A stretch of 64,000 bases of DNA, from assembly GCA_965645245.1 (NCBI GenBank), contig OZ287067.1:1984001-2048000 (forward strand). The letters are read 5' to 3'. A program made the position numbers and the translations under genes. Origin of the DNA: Massalongia carnosa. Lineage: Eukaryota. Below, one piece after another: positions 1 through 10,709 of this stretch. The notes beneath the pieces are model-generated. The model made no database searches and had not been told where the DNA came from. It was given only the letters and a program-made list of their open reading frames with translations. The stretch's first letter is position 1; each line of letters starts with the position of its first letter.

Positions 1-134
1 GGTGTTTCCTTGGTAACTACCGCAGTACTGGAGGTTGTTGACGCAGGTGGACTGCCAATGGACAGTGTGGACCCTATGCTCTTTTCGTAGTCATAGACTA
101 ATTCCTTGGCATTGTCAAGATCCTTGATGCTATA

Positions 135-3100
135 CTATTGATCGAACTCGGGTCCGTAGCCCTTCCATTTTACCAAGTACTGTATGGACTGTCCGCGGCC
201 TTTCCGGACGACACGGTTATTTAATATCCTTTCTATCTCGTAAGACTTGAGGTAGTCCGTGTCTCCTTCCACGAAGACGGTGGGTGGATGATCAGGCCTG
301 GGACGATCAAACGGGTCCGTCGCTGGTGGCGGACAGGGCTCTAGCTGTGCTACCGAGAAGACAGGATGAACCTTCCAATGGGGAGGGACGTCAAGGCGGT
401 AAGCCAAGCGGCCGATTGTCTGTAAGACCTTGAAAGGCCGTACGTACTGTTGAGTGAGCTTCATGGTTACTCCAGTGGTCGAGGGGATGGAATATCCCTT
501 ATGAAGCTTGAGCAGGGCCCATTCTCCCTCCTTCATGAACAAAGGTTGATGTAAGCGGTCATAGTGCCGTTTATAATTCATACTGGCAAAGGAGATAGCG
601 TCCCTAGCTTGATTTCTAACTGCGGATATTTGTATTTCGGTATCATCCCTGAGAAGATCCAGGGCCGTATTTGGAGTAAATCCAAATGCTAGCTCATTAG
701 GAGTCTTTCCGGTGGTGGAAGATGAAGAGTTGTTCAGAGATGACTGAATAGAAACTAGGACTTTTGGCGAGTCAGCTGGAGCCTCCAGGGTGGTTATGTG
801 AAAACGTAAGGCAATTTCCGCCGTTTGATTCGTTCGTTCCGAACTTCCATCCGTCTGAGGATGATAAGCTGTGGAATAGAGTAGGGAAGTACCCAGTCTA
901 TGAAAGATCGCCTTCCATAGCTCAGATAGGAACTTTGGATCCCGATCGGTAATAATCACCTTGGGGAGACCCCAGTTCATAAGAGAAAGACGTTCGTAGA
1001 GAAGGTCTGCCCAATTTACTGCACCGAACGTGGACTTTCCAGGAATCATGGTTATTTGCTTGGTAAATTTATCCGTTACAGACATTATCGAGTCCCATGC
1101 TTGCTTAGTGATGGGAAGTGCTAGGATAAAATCCAAAGTAATAGTATGAAATGGAACCGGTGGGCTGTCGATGGGCTGAAGACTTCCCCAGGGTTTATGT
1201 CTTCTGGTCTGAAGTACTAGACACTCTGGACAGTGTCGTACTCTCGTAATGTCCGTACCAGGTTCCTGACGTACCATGAACGAGTAACTATCTCATAGCC
1301 CCTGGCAAATCCAGGATGACCATTTCCATGCGCTATAGCAAATATGTCTTTGACACAACTGGCTGGTATACAGAGACGTCTGATACCTGAGAATCTATCT
1401 ATGTGATAGATGAGATCCTTGTCTGTTTTGCCAATTGGCAAAATGTCCTGAGTTGATTTTTCAGTTGAGTTTATCTCAGCTGGATTGACTGGAATTTCCA
1501 TAGTGTTTCCCCGGGCAAAAGGAATTTTAGCGGCGTCCTCGTCGAGTTTATCGTTAGTGTCTATCATTTGGATTATATTGATCCATAATTTATCTGTAGA
1601 ATAACCGGCGATAAGACGTTTTCTGAAGTCATTGCTCATTTCTACGACCGTAGTGTTATAGACGTATAAGACATCCAACTCCGAGTGATCATCGGCTAAG
1701 ATAGGCCTCACGTTGGCGCTGGCTAGTCGGGAAAGAGCATCAGGAATGATGTGCTCTTTGCCTGGTTTATGCCTGATGTCGAGTCGGAATTGACTCAGAA
1801 ACTGAGTAGCTCTGACCAATCGGACGTTCATTCTCATGGTCGATGTAGTGGCCGTTATTAGCTTTTGCTTACTGATTTCGATTATAGCGGAGTGATCTGT
1901 CTGAACGATCATTGGATGCTCCGATGATTGGACAAGGTGTCTGACTTTTTTGATGGTCCATACTAGACCTGCCATCTCTAGTTCAGTAGGCCAGTAGTTC
2001 TTTTCAGCCGCCGTAAGGAGACGGCTAAGGAACATGATGGGTTCTATTTGATTTCTTGAAGGCCATTTTCCGATTGGTACTATAACACCGACTTTGACAT
2101 GGAAGACTATAACACCATACCCAAAATCTTTGGAGGCGTCTAGGTCTATCCAGAGAATGCGGTGTGGACTAAAATGAATGAGGATGGAGGGTTTGCTAAG
2201 CAGCTTCTGAAGGGTTATAAACGATGAAGTCTCTTTTTCGGTAGGGATTATCTTAGTTCGAGACGTGTAATTTCGTCGTTGTTGACCTCCCTTCGGAGAT
2301 GCCCTTAGAAGGTGCGTTTTTAGGTCTTGTAGAGGGCGGGCTATGCCTGCATAGTAGTAGATGAAAGAACGTAGATAGCCGGTAAGACCGTGGTAATGTT
2401 CTAAGTCTATCAGTGCCTTGGGGAACTTCAACAGAGATATGGCGCGAAGTTTCTCCTCGGAGGTGGACATGCTGAGGGAGTTTACCCTCTGCCCGAGAAG
2501 ATCAACGTCTGAATAGCCTAAAAAAGCCTTGGTGGGCTTGATGGATATTCCAAGCTTCACGAATAAGGAGAAGATTTTCCGAAGATGCATTAAATGCTCA
2601 TCTAGGGACGTTGATCTTACTACCACGTCATCTATGTAAGCTTTGACAAAGTCACGGAAGTCCCGAAGAATGGTGTCCATTTGTCTTTGAACATAAGCAA
2701 TGGAGTTGCGATTGCCCATCACTGGTACCAAAAAGGTCTCCTGGCCTCGGTGAGTGACTATTGTTTGCTTATGTGTCTTCCGAATGAACGCGCCATTGAT
2801 AGAAGAAAGAATTCGCGTCTAGGACAGAAATGTGAGTACATCCACGAAGGTCTGCTATGACATCACTTTGTAGATGGACCGGGTAGGCATCAGGAACCAG
2901 AAGATCATTCAGGCCTCTGATGTCTACGACGGCACGGCCTTTCCGGACGTCACCGATTTTCTTCCAAACGACAAAAACAGGGTAGCTGAATGGAGTATGG
3001 TATTGGTCCATATTAATCGTCCCTGTCGATGCATTTCGTCAAAGGTTTTATCTACTATTTCCCTGTCTTCTATTCCCAGGGGATAGACCTTGGATTTTCC

Positions 3101-6100
3101 AGAGACCTTCGACTGCCAATCCTCGCGAAGGGGTAGCTTCATCCACTGGTTCATAGGAACATCAATGAAGCCTTCGTCCTTCCATAGTGAGGGAAACTCG
3201 TCTACCAGGTCTGAATAGGCCCTGGTGGCTATCGTGTCGCCATAGGTCATGACACCGTTGGCTAGCTTGGTCTCATACTTGTTGCAAGATGCTGTGGTAG
3301 CTACCTTAATGGAATTTTCTGGGGGAAATGATGAAAGACTTGGAGTAGGTAGATCCATAGTAACAGCAGTCAAGAATGCTGCTGCTGTAAATGCTTTTTT
3401 GAACCAACTTGCCTTTGGCGGTTTGGTGGCAAGGTCTTTGTCAGCTATGTGAAAACATTCGTTATAGTTGACCTCGGAGACCTGTCCGAGGCGGAATTTT
3501 CTTGGAAGTTCCACTGGTATAGGCGAGTCGTTTCGGACTACGATTTCTGCAGTAAGTGCATCTACGAGGTGATAGTACAAAACTACATTTGCTTTATCGG
3601 TAGGTTCAAAAAGAAAGTCTCTGTCTGCTGGTAAGATCATGTTGACAGGGACTTTTAACTCAGCACCTGGGGTGACGGTAACAGCGGACTTTGTGCGAAC
3701 GGTCTTTCTGATGAACGTTCCACGAGGTCTGACCTGAAGGCTGATGTTTACATCACAGCTACCGATGTAAGCCTTTTTCTTGTTTATATCAATAACAAAT
3801 TCTTCTTGTCCAAGTACGTCGTTTCCGATCAGCATATTGGCCTTGAGACCATCCACTATGTGGATTTCACGGGTGATACAGGCCAGAACCGACGTTCCAT
3901 CGGACGCCTTTGAGGCCGGCATGTAGAATGGAACCAAAATGTACTCCTTTGTTTCATGCGTATTGGAACCAATACCTCGAACTCGTAGCGGATTTGCCAT
4001 AAGATGAACCTTAGCGTTAGGAATGTCTCTGCTAATCCACTCTCGATCTCCCAAAGTGGAACCACAACCAGTGTCCAGACAGCAATCGGTGGATGGACCT
4101 TCCGGGGTAAACTTTACCGCTCCTTCGATGAAGTTCCAGTTACGAAAGCCTAGTCCAAAACCGAGGTTTTCTGTAGAAGCCTTGGATGTGACAATGATAG
4201 GAGTAGTGGTAGTTGTGTCTGATACGGAAGTAGCATAGACGTTTGATCCGTGTTCATCCTCTTTGTCAACTGACAGTTTGTTAGAAGTGAAATTTGCAAA
4301 TTTTTTTAAGGTTTTTGAGGCAGGCGATGTCCTGGAACATCCAGACCGTAGGTGTTTGTGTAGTTTGTTCTTCGATGGAAAGGATTCCTGACAATTAGTG
4401 CAGGAAGAGTCTATGCCGACAAACCAAGTGAAGTCCTCGGATTCCTCCGGTGCATCCTGCTCTGCATAGAACATCTCGTTCCCATGCTCATCATACCCAG
4501 CGAAATTTACCGGCATGTCCTCTGGCTCGACTGAGGATGTTCCGGGGCTTTCCTGCCGATCTTTGTCGTCTTCAACTGAAGCCTGATACGCCCTCCTATA
4601 GCCACCTTGACTTTGTTTGTTTCCTCCTCTTTGATTGCGGTAGTTTGACCTTGGATATCCCTGTGCAGGACGGTCTGGTTTTGATGAGGAAGCTGATGCG
4701 TTTGACGCGTCGGGTGTAGCCGTTATGGCGAGAGGGGTTCGACCGGTGACTTGTAAGGCAGGACCTTGCTGGAACTGCTGTTGATTGTTAGGACCATTCC
4801 ATTTTTTGTAGGAGGGACTATTCTGCCAGTTGGCGGATCGGGCTGGTAGTTCCAACTTTCTGATGAACTACTAAAGAAAGGCCTTTGTTGACCGATATTG
4901 AACTTAATAGCTGACTTGTTGATTCGGTTGTTAGGCCTGATGTCGTAAGTACGATCAGGTTTGGAGAATCCAGGCGTCTTCTGCTGGCAAGAGGCTAGTT
5001 GCCACCAGATGTGTTTATGATCATCTAGGGAGCGAAGGAAAATATCTAGGTCAGTGGCTACGTTATGTAATGGAAGATCTCTTTGGAATTCCACATCCAA
5101 GCCGTTGTAGATGAGGAAGATGTGATTAGCGGTGGAGCCAAGTTCGGCCGATTTAGCTGCACGAAGCATGGTGGCAGCGTACTCTCTGGGCTCTCGATGT
5201 TGACGAGCATCTTCCATAGTGTACTTACCTTTGATTACAGCCGCCATGGCGACGTTGGGTGCCTCTTTGAACCGTTTGTGAAGCTGGGTTGTCCAATGAT
5301 CAACCCCAGGACCATATCTTACCAAAAGCTTAGCTTCGTCAGATAGCTCGGCTGTGTACCATTGTAGAGCTACGCCTCTAAGGCATGTGAACAGGTTTTC
5401 TCTAATCAACTGGTCACCCTTGATGGCGGAAATATCTTTTACCCTTTCTATGAATAGATGAACATCTCTAAAGTATGTGTCTTTTCCCACATGCTCAATG
5501 GAACTCCCAGTAGTGGAAGACTTATCATCGTACATGGGGTCAAAGAAACCTACGTCTGCTGAATTCCACCTTGGTTGCCCTGGTGCAGGTCCATCGACCT
5601 CTGGCTGGGGGCCTTGGGGACCAGGTGGACCAGCCGGTCCACGCACTGGTAGGTTTTGCCGGTAGTAATCTGCTACGGCAGCGGCTATCATAGCTTGGAG
5701 GGCAGCGTTATCATGATAACGGCGGGCTGATTGATATGACTTCTGGAACTTTCTGGTCTTCCGAACTCCACGTCGGCCGAGGTCTGTCTTGTGTTTGGGG
5801 CAGTGAGAAGACCAAGTAGATGATCTCGGATTTCCGGGGTAGGTTCCTCCACTGGTGTATTGGCTCTGACCGGGGTGCCACCTACGGAAGGAGAAAGGTC
5901 AAGGTCGAGGTAGTGCAGCAACTGAGGTGTCTCTCGGAAACTCCTTGTTCGGTCAGAGAAGTTTAGAACTACCCTTCGAAGAGCCGCAGAGTCTGACTTC
6001 CAACGAAACGGGTAGTTAGCGGGGATCTGAGATCTAGCACGACCTGATCGGAGGGCAAGGCCTGATGATGGTTCCTCCGGACCTCTGTAGCTGTGGACTA

Positions 6101-6269
6101 TATACTGGATGGTTCGTTCAATGGGAAGGATGTCCGAGCTAAAGCCGTATTCCTTGCGGTAATGAAAGAATTGATAGGCTAACAGAATAAGGTCTTCTGA
6201 AAGAGGTGGAGGTGAACCTTGTGGAGGGGAAACAGAGGAGAATTGGGAAGCCAGGTTGGGCCTCGCCAC
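135..6269 (-). pseudogene. gag-pol polyprotein broken by about 5 frameshifts and a premature stop
   Basis: Conserved motifs switch frame near 5710, 4840, 3005, 2770 and 1240. A TAG at 137-135 falls within the chromodomain where Trp is expected (GPEFDQ*YSIKDLDNAKELV). Confidence 0.88.
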
Positions 6270-6388
6270 GGTGAATTCAACCGAGGTGAGCTTTGGCAGG
6301 AAGACTGGTTGAAGTGCTACTTCTGGTGGAGGACTCCTCCTGGTGATCTATACAGTAATCAATGGTACTGCGAGACAGTGCTACCATT

Positions 6389-6574
6389 TGTAAAGGTAAT
6401 CATCATAATAAGGGTGTGTAAAAGGATGTCCATTGAGATATGCGAGCAAGCTCGTCTATATACAGCTAATCTAGACTAGTCCCAATCTGGACCTGCTCCT
6501 ATCATAGAAGGACCAAAGAGTTAAGCCGGACTTATCACGGAGATAAGCAAGTGTTAGAGTACGAAAGCATGACA
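6389..6574 (-). repeat. 5' LTR (~186 bp) followed by a putative primer-binding site
   Basis: The minus strand reads TGTCATGC...CCTTTACA (TG...CA termini) with an internal TATATA. It is followed by AA-TGGTAGC, complementary to the ...GCUACCA 3' end typical of initiator tRNA-Met. The second LTR is not in the window, so the boundaries are inferred. Confidence 0.7.
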
Positions 6575-6937
6575 ATTACCCGAATACTCGAAAACTGATA
6601 CCCGTACTCCGTATAAAAACTCGTATTCATAGCCGAATATTTACCCAAGTGTTATCCGGGTAATACCCGGGTACGGGTAAAAAGCTGGTTACACAACATC
6701 GGCCTGTAGTATTTTTTGAATTTTACTTCTCACTTAAATTATTCCGACCATCATCGCACAAACTACAGAGTACCTCCATACGGAAAACGAACCAGAACTA
6801 GCAACCGCGAGAGTTTTTCTAGAACAGTACGTCCATTCGAGCTTGTGGGAGTGAATCGACCTGTGACGGTGCACATCACTGGCTCTGTATACGGTAGAGA
6901 GGCTTCTCCACGCAAAGATTCCCGCCATATTTCGAAA

Positions 6938-7341
6938 ATGACTGGACGTGGCGGTGGTGGAAGGGGAAAGGTGCTTTTACCTCCTATCAACTTCATTTTC
7001 AAGCTTCTCCAGCAACACTCGACCGTCTCGATATGGCTGTTTGAACAATTGGCAATACGGATTGAGGGGAAGATTAGGGTATCGTTCCCTACCGGCGCTT
7101 TTGCTGTCATGAACCCTTGTTGATGGAAGTCTTATATTTAGGGCTTTGATGAGTTCATGAATTTAGTAATTGACGATGCCGTTGAGGTAAAACAAGCCAC
7201 CAAGACCAACGAAGAAAAGCGGAAAGAGTTAGGTACAAGAGCGCTTCTGAACACAGCTTCGAGCCAGCAAGCTAATACCGGGAAACAGGCCAGATTCTGC
7301 TCAAAGGAGATAACGTGGCCCTAATTCAGGCATTACAATGA
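6938..7341 (+). CDS. SME1: small nuclear ribonucleoprotein E (SmE), 3 exons
   Basis: Spliced product: MTGRGGGGRGKVLLPPINFIFKLLQQHSTVSIWLFEQLAIRIEGKIR|GFDEFMNLVIDDAVEVK...|GQILLKGDNVALIQALQ*. Contains Sm1 and Sm2 motifs and GT-AG introns. Confidence 0.95.
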
Positions 7342-7462
7342 TAAGCCTATGGAACTCCCTACATGAATGTTCTCAATTATCCAAAAGTTTCAAGCCCGGC
7401 GGATTAAAGATTTCGGGAAACCGCTTTGTAGCATGTATTTGGCAAATGGAACCTTCCTATGT

Positions 7463-8353
7463 TCATTCCCCTGGCTTGTTTCGAATGATCGATCCGTCAC
7501 CAACAATCAATCCATCTACAGGCCAATCTGATTCCTCCATTGGAATCTTCTGCCCGGGCGGGAGGAGCTGTTCTTTGAGGGCAAGGCCAACTGAGCACCA
7601 AATTCGTCAGGGTGACCATAGTGGACCAGCGTTTGGAAAAAAGGAGTAGACTCACCAAGAAATGGCATTCTTGTCTCAGCCTCGTTGTTTACAGCCTTCG
7701 CCTGTTGATGGAGTTTACTTATGAAGAAGTCATAATACCCTTTACCATGCCCAAGTCTTGCGAGTCCTCTGTCAAATGCCACTCCCGGCATAACCACCAT
7801 ATGGAGACTATCATCGCCTTTCCTTTGCTTTAAATTTTCATCTAACGTAATCTCATCGTCACCCAGGCAGCTAAGTCTTTCGCTTATAGTTGCTTTGGAT
7901 GGAGTGGGAATCCCCCAAGCGTTGGGGTGGAGGGACTCATAATCTTTTTTTGAATGCAAAGACACCATGTTCATTACCGATTTAGGCCCGTTTGCAGCCG
8001 GAGAACTGATTGTATAAATGTATGGGACGAAGACTCTCTTCCCTTCTTCTAGTGCATCAAGAACAATCGTTCTCGTGGAAATTTCTCCTTTTGGCATAGA
8101 AAGATATATGCTTATCCGAGCTGCTTTTTTATATTCTGGCAAAGCCAGCAAATGTACTCGGACCTTATTAGCTAAGAATAACATGCTTTGGATCAGTACC
8201 ACACCCACACAGGATAATGTTATTGATACATATCTACGAACATTGACTGGAGATGGATTCATCTGATATGGAAGAAAGCGATTGACGCATGCGTTCACGT
8301 AAATCTTTCTTCGCTGTCTTTAATGCTTTCATTTCATCGGCCTTTTCAGCCAT
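7463..8353 (-). CDS. FAU1: 5-formyltetrahydrofolate cyclo-ligase
   Basis: N-terminal exon AKKDLRERMRQ, then ISIYLSMPKGEIST, WGIPTP and VVMPGVAFDRGLARLGHGKGYYD (family signature). The last exon ends DWPVDGLIVGDG. Confidence 0.92.
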
Positions 8354-8778
8354 CCGACTTTGCTATTGGGCCTCCTCCTAAAGGACTGGAACAAGACAGT
8401 GATGAAGCCAACCGTCGTAAATAATACCTATCTTTAGGTAAGTCAAGCCTTGACCTCGAGTACTATGCAGTGTGCTTGAATTCGTAATTAATTCTGGATA
8501 AATTACCCTGATTTGGGCATTCAACACTCTACTCCGTACTCTGCACACAGAGTGCATATGCTAGTACGTATGTAGTACTCTTAGCTATTGGTTCGTTTCG
8601 ATTCGTATCGGTTCGTAACTACGACAAAGTGTTTGACGGTAACCGTGCGACCGAGGTAGAGTATCATTGTAAAATACAAAGAACTTCTGTACGAATGTAA
8701 TATACCTTGTACCGCATTTGATCGTTCTTCTCCTACCCATCCCCAACAGCAACTAGCTCTCTCTCTCTCCAAATAATC

Positions 8779-9746
8779 ATGGCCCATTTTCTTCGATGCC
8801 TGCTCCTCGCAGGCTCTTTCTTTGTCTCATTAGCTGCAGCGCAGCTCGATTTAACAGGAACGTGGACAACCAAGTCACACAAAGTATTCACAGGACCGGT
8901 AGGTGCCCATATTTCACGCTACATGTTACAACCTGCCAAGGAGTATGTGGTTCAGGCAAAGAAACAATGATGACTGACATGAATAGGGGTTTTATGATCC
9001 AATCAATGACAAACTGCTTGAGCCAGACCTCACTGGATTCTCGTATTCCTTTACAGACAATGGATACTATGAAGTGGCATACTATCGGGCGATCTCCAAC
9101 CGTATGCTACATTAACAACCTCGGTGTTATACTAAATCATCTCTGACATGCTCTACAGCAACAACGCCCTCATGCCCCAGGGGTATCATGCAATTCCAGC
9201 ATGGCAAATTCGAGAAAGCTTCCAATGGGTCGCTATCTTTGACCCCTTTTGGTGTTGATGGTCGTCAGCTACTCTCTGATCCCTGTCACGGTGACAGTTC
9301 TGTCTACACGCGGTACATCCAGCCAGAGCTTTTCAATGTAATCATTGCCCCAGGCACCCTTCCGATGAAAGACTTTACAAGGAAACTGCTGATGTGGCCT
9401 ACTCTTACAGAAATACGAGGTCATAACAGATGCTTACAGCAATACCCAGCGCCTCAACCTCTACGCCTTTGACGGCGCACCTCTAAGTCCCATGTATCTT
9501 GCCTACAAGCCTCCCCAAATGCTGCCTACGCAAACCCTGAACCCTACCTCTGCAGGAGCAACAGGGGTGCAGTCAAGCAGCACCGCTAAGGCAAAGAGGA
9601 ACCTGGAGGAAGGGGGCGAGAAGCTCCAGATGGCCACGAACAGGAATGATTTGTTGGAGCAAAAGCGATCAGCAAATGCAGACCTGCTGTGGTGGTTCGG
9701 AATCGGCATTACGGCGCTTGGTGGCGCTGGATATATGTTTTTCTGA
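8779..9746 (+). CDS. ROT1: ER chaperone Rot1, multi-exon
   Basis: Signal peptide, [71 protein letters not shown] and a C-terminal TM helix. Confidence 0.92.
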
Positions 9747-10072
9747 GCGACGGATGAAAATGCCTTTCCTCTGCCCGGTCGACCTGGGCTACATATATAG
9801 TTGAAGGATCCGGGACGAAGCTTGCGGCGTAGGCGTCCATGGCGTTGTTCTTTCTTAGGTGGGATTCAGATCCTATGTATCATAGCTTGCAATCTGATAT
9901 CTGACCACTCCCTGGACCTCCACCCCAATTTCACCTCGTCCATTTTGTCCTTGCCTCGCTTTACACCCTGGCCTTCACAACTCTCCCAACATCTGCTCTT
10001 TTTATCCTTCTAGCTAGTTTGCTTCCTATCCCCAATGTTTTTAGAAACCCTTCCCTAGAGCCTACGCCCTCC

Positions 10073-10348
10073 TTACCCCTTATTCACCCTTGGCCACCAC
10101 TGCCTCACCTCCAGCTCTTCCTCCGTCGGCAACATCCCAAACCGATGCTCCGCCGAATTGCTAGCCAGAAGCCCGAGGCTTGCGTACACGATAATCCCAA
10201 ATCCAATTTACATGCGGGTGCGGGGTGCGAGCGCGTGGAAGGACCTGTTTTTTTTTTCGGTGAATGTAAATTGCTTGTTATGAATGTCTTAGATTTTTGT
10301 GGGTGTATTCAGGTGAGATGGATGGGCGGCTTACTGCCAGAGTGACAT
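10073..10348 (-). pseudogene. small single-pass membrane protein gene (2 exons, ~61 codons) with one in-frame TAA; pseudogene, recoded gene or base error
   Basis: ATG at 10348 with AAAAA context; intron 10334-10245 (GTAAGC...CAG). Spliced product: MSLWQSFHALAPRTRM*IGFGIIVYASLGLLASNSAEHRFGMLPTEEELEVRQWWPRVNKG*. Confidence 0.6.
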
Positions 10349-10709
10349 TTTTTGATCGACCTTTCCCAGCTCAAGGAAGTGGATTGGAGAGATGAGCGTA
10401 CGGTAAATACGTAAAGGTTGGTAACGGCAACCTTCGCGTATAAACTAAGAATCCTACATTGTCATGCTGTGTCCAAACTAACTCCATAGGAGCAGCTTGG
10501 TTCACTTGTAACCATTATTGTCATTTACGGTACCGAGTAAATCAATCGCTATAGCCAAACTCCTTAAGTTCCCACCTATGGTCACTCAAAAGATATAATG
10601 CAAATAACTTAAGACACAAGCTTCAAACCCACGGAACCTTGCTATACTACTCTATACATATTTCCCATTAGAGCACCAATTCAGGCCCACCAATCAAGCA
10701 TGTTCGCCT

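Larger units (their letters stand above)
1..6574 (-). mobile_element. Ty3/Gypsy chromodomain-bearing LTR retrotransposon, decayed copy; 3' end lies left of the window
   Basis: Minus-strand domain order is gag, protease (CLDTGCGS), RT (YIDD), RNase H (DLDASK...NYWPTELE), integrase ([38 protein letters not shown]) and chromodomain (YEIERIL...YLVKWKGYG). The 5' LTR starts TGTCA at 6574. Confidence 0.96.

Noticed and set aside
4723..4855. Programmed gag-pol ribosomal frameshift
   Set aside because: I saw no clear slippery heptamer and the copy has several other accidental frameshifts, so it cannot be distinguished from decay.
5688..6269. Apparent extra ORF upstream of gag with an ATGA stop-start overlap
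   Set aside because: Restoring one G near 5710 (ATG GAT AAC) fuses it to gag as ...PAVIMDNAALQAMIAAAV, so a frameshift in a decayed copy is the simpler explanation.
6716..7123. 135-aa ORF as an N-terminally extended SmE
   Set aside because: It starts at a non-ATG codon and runs into intron 1; the conserved protein starts at 6938.
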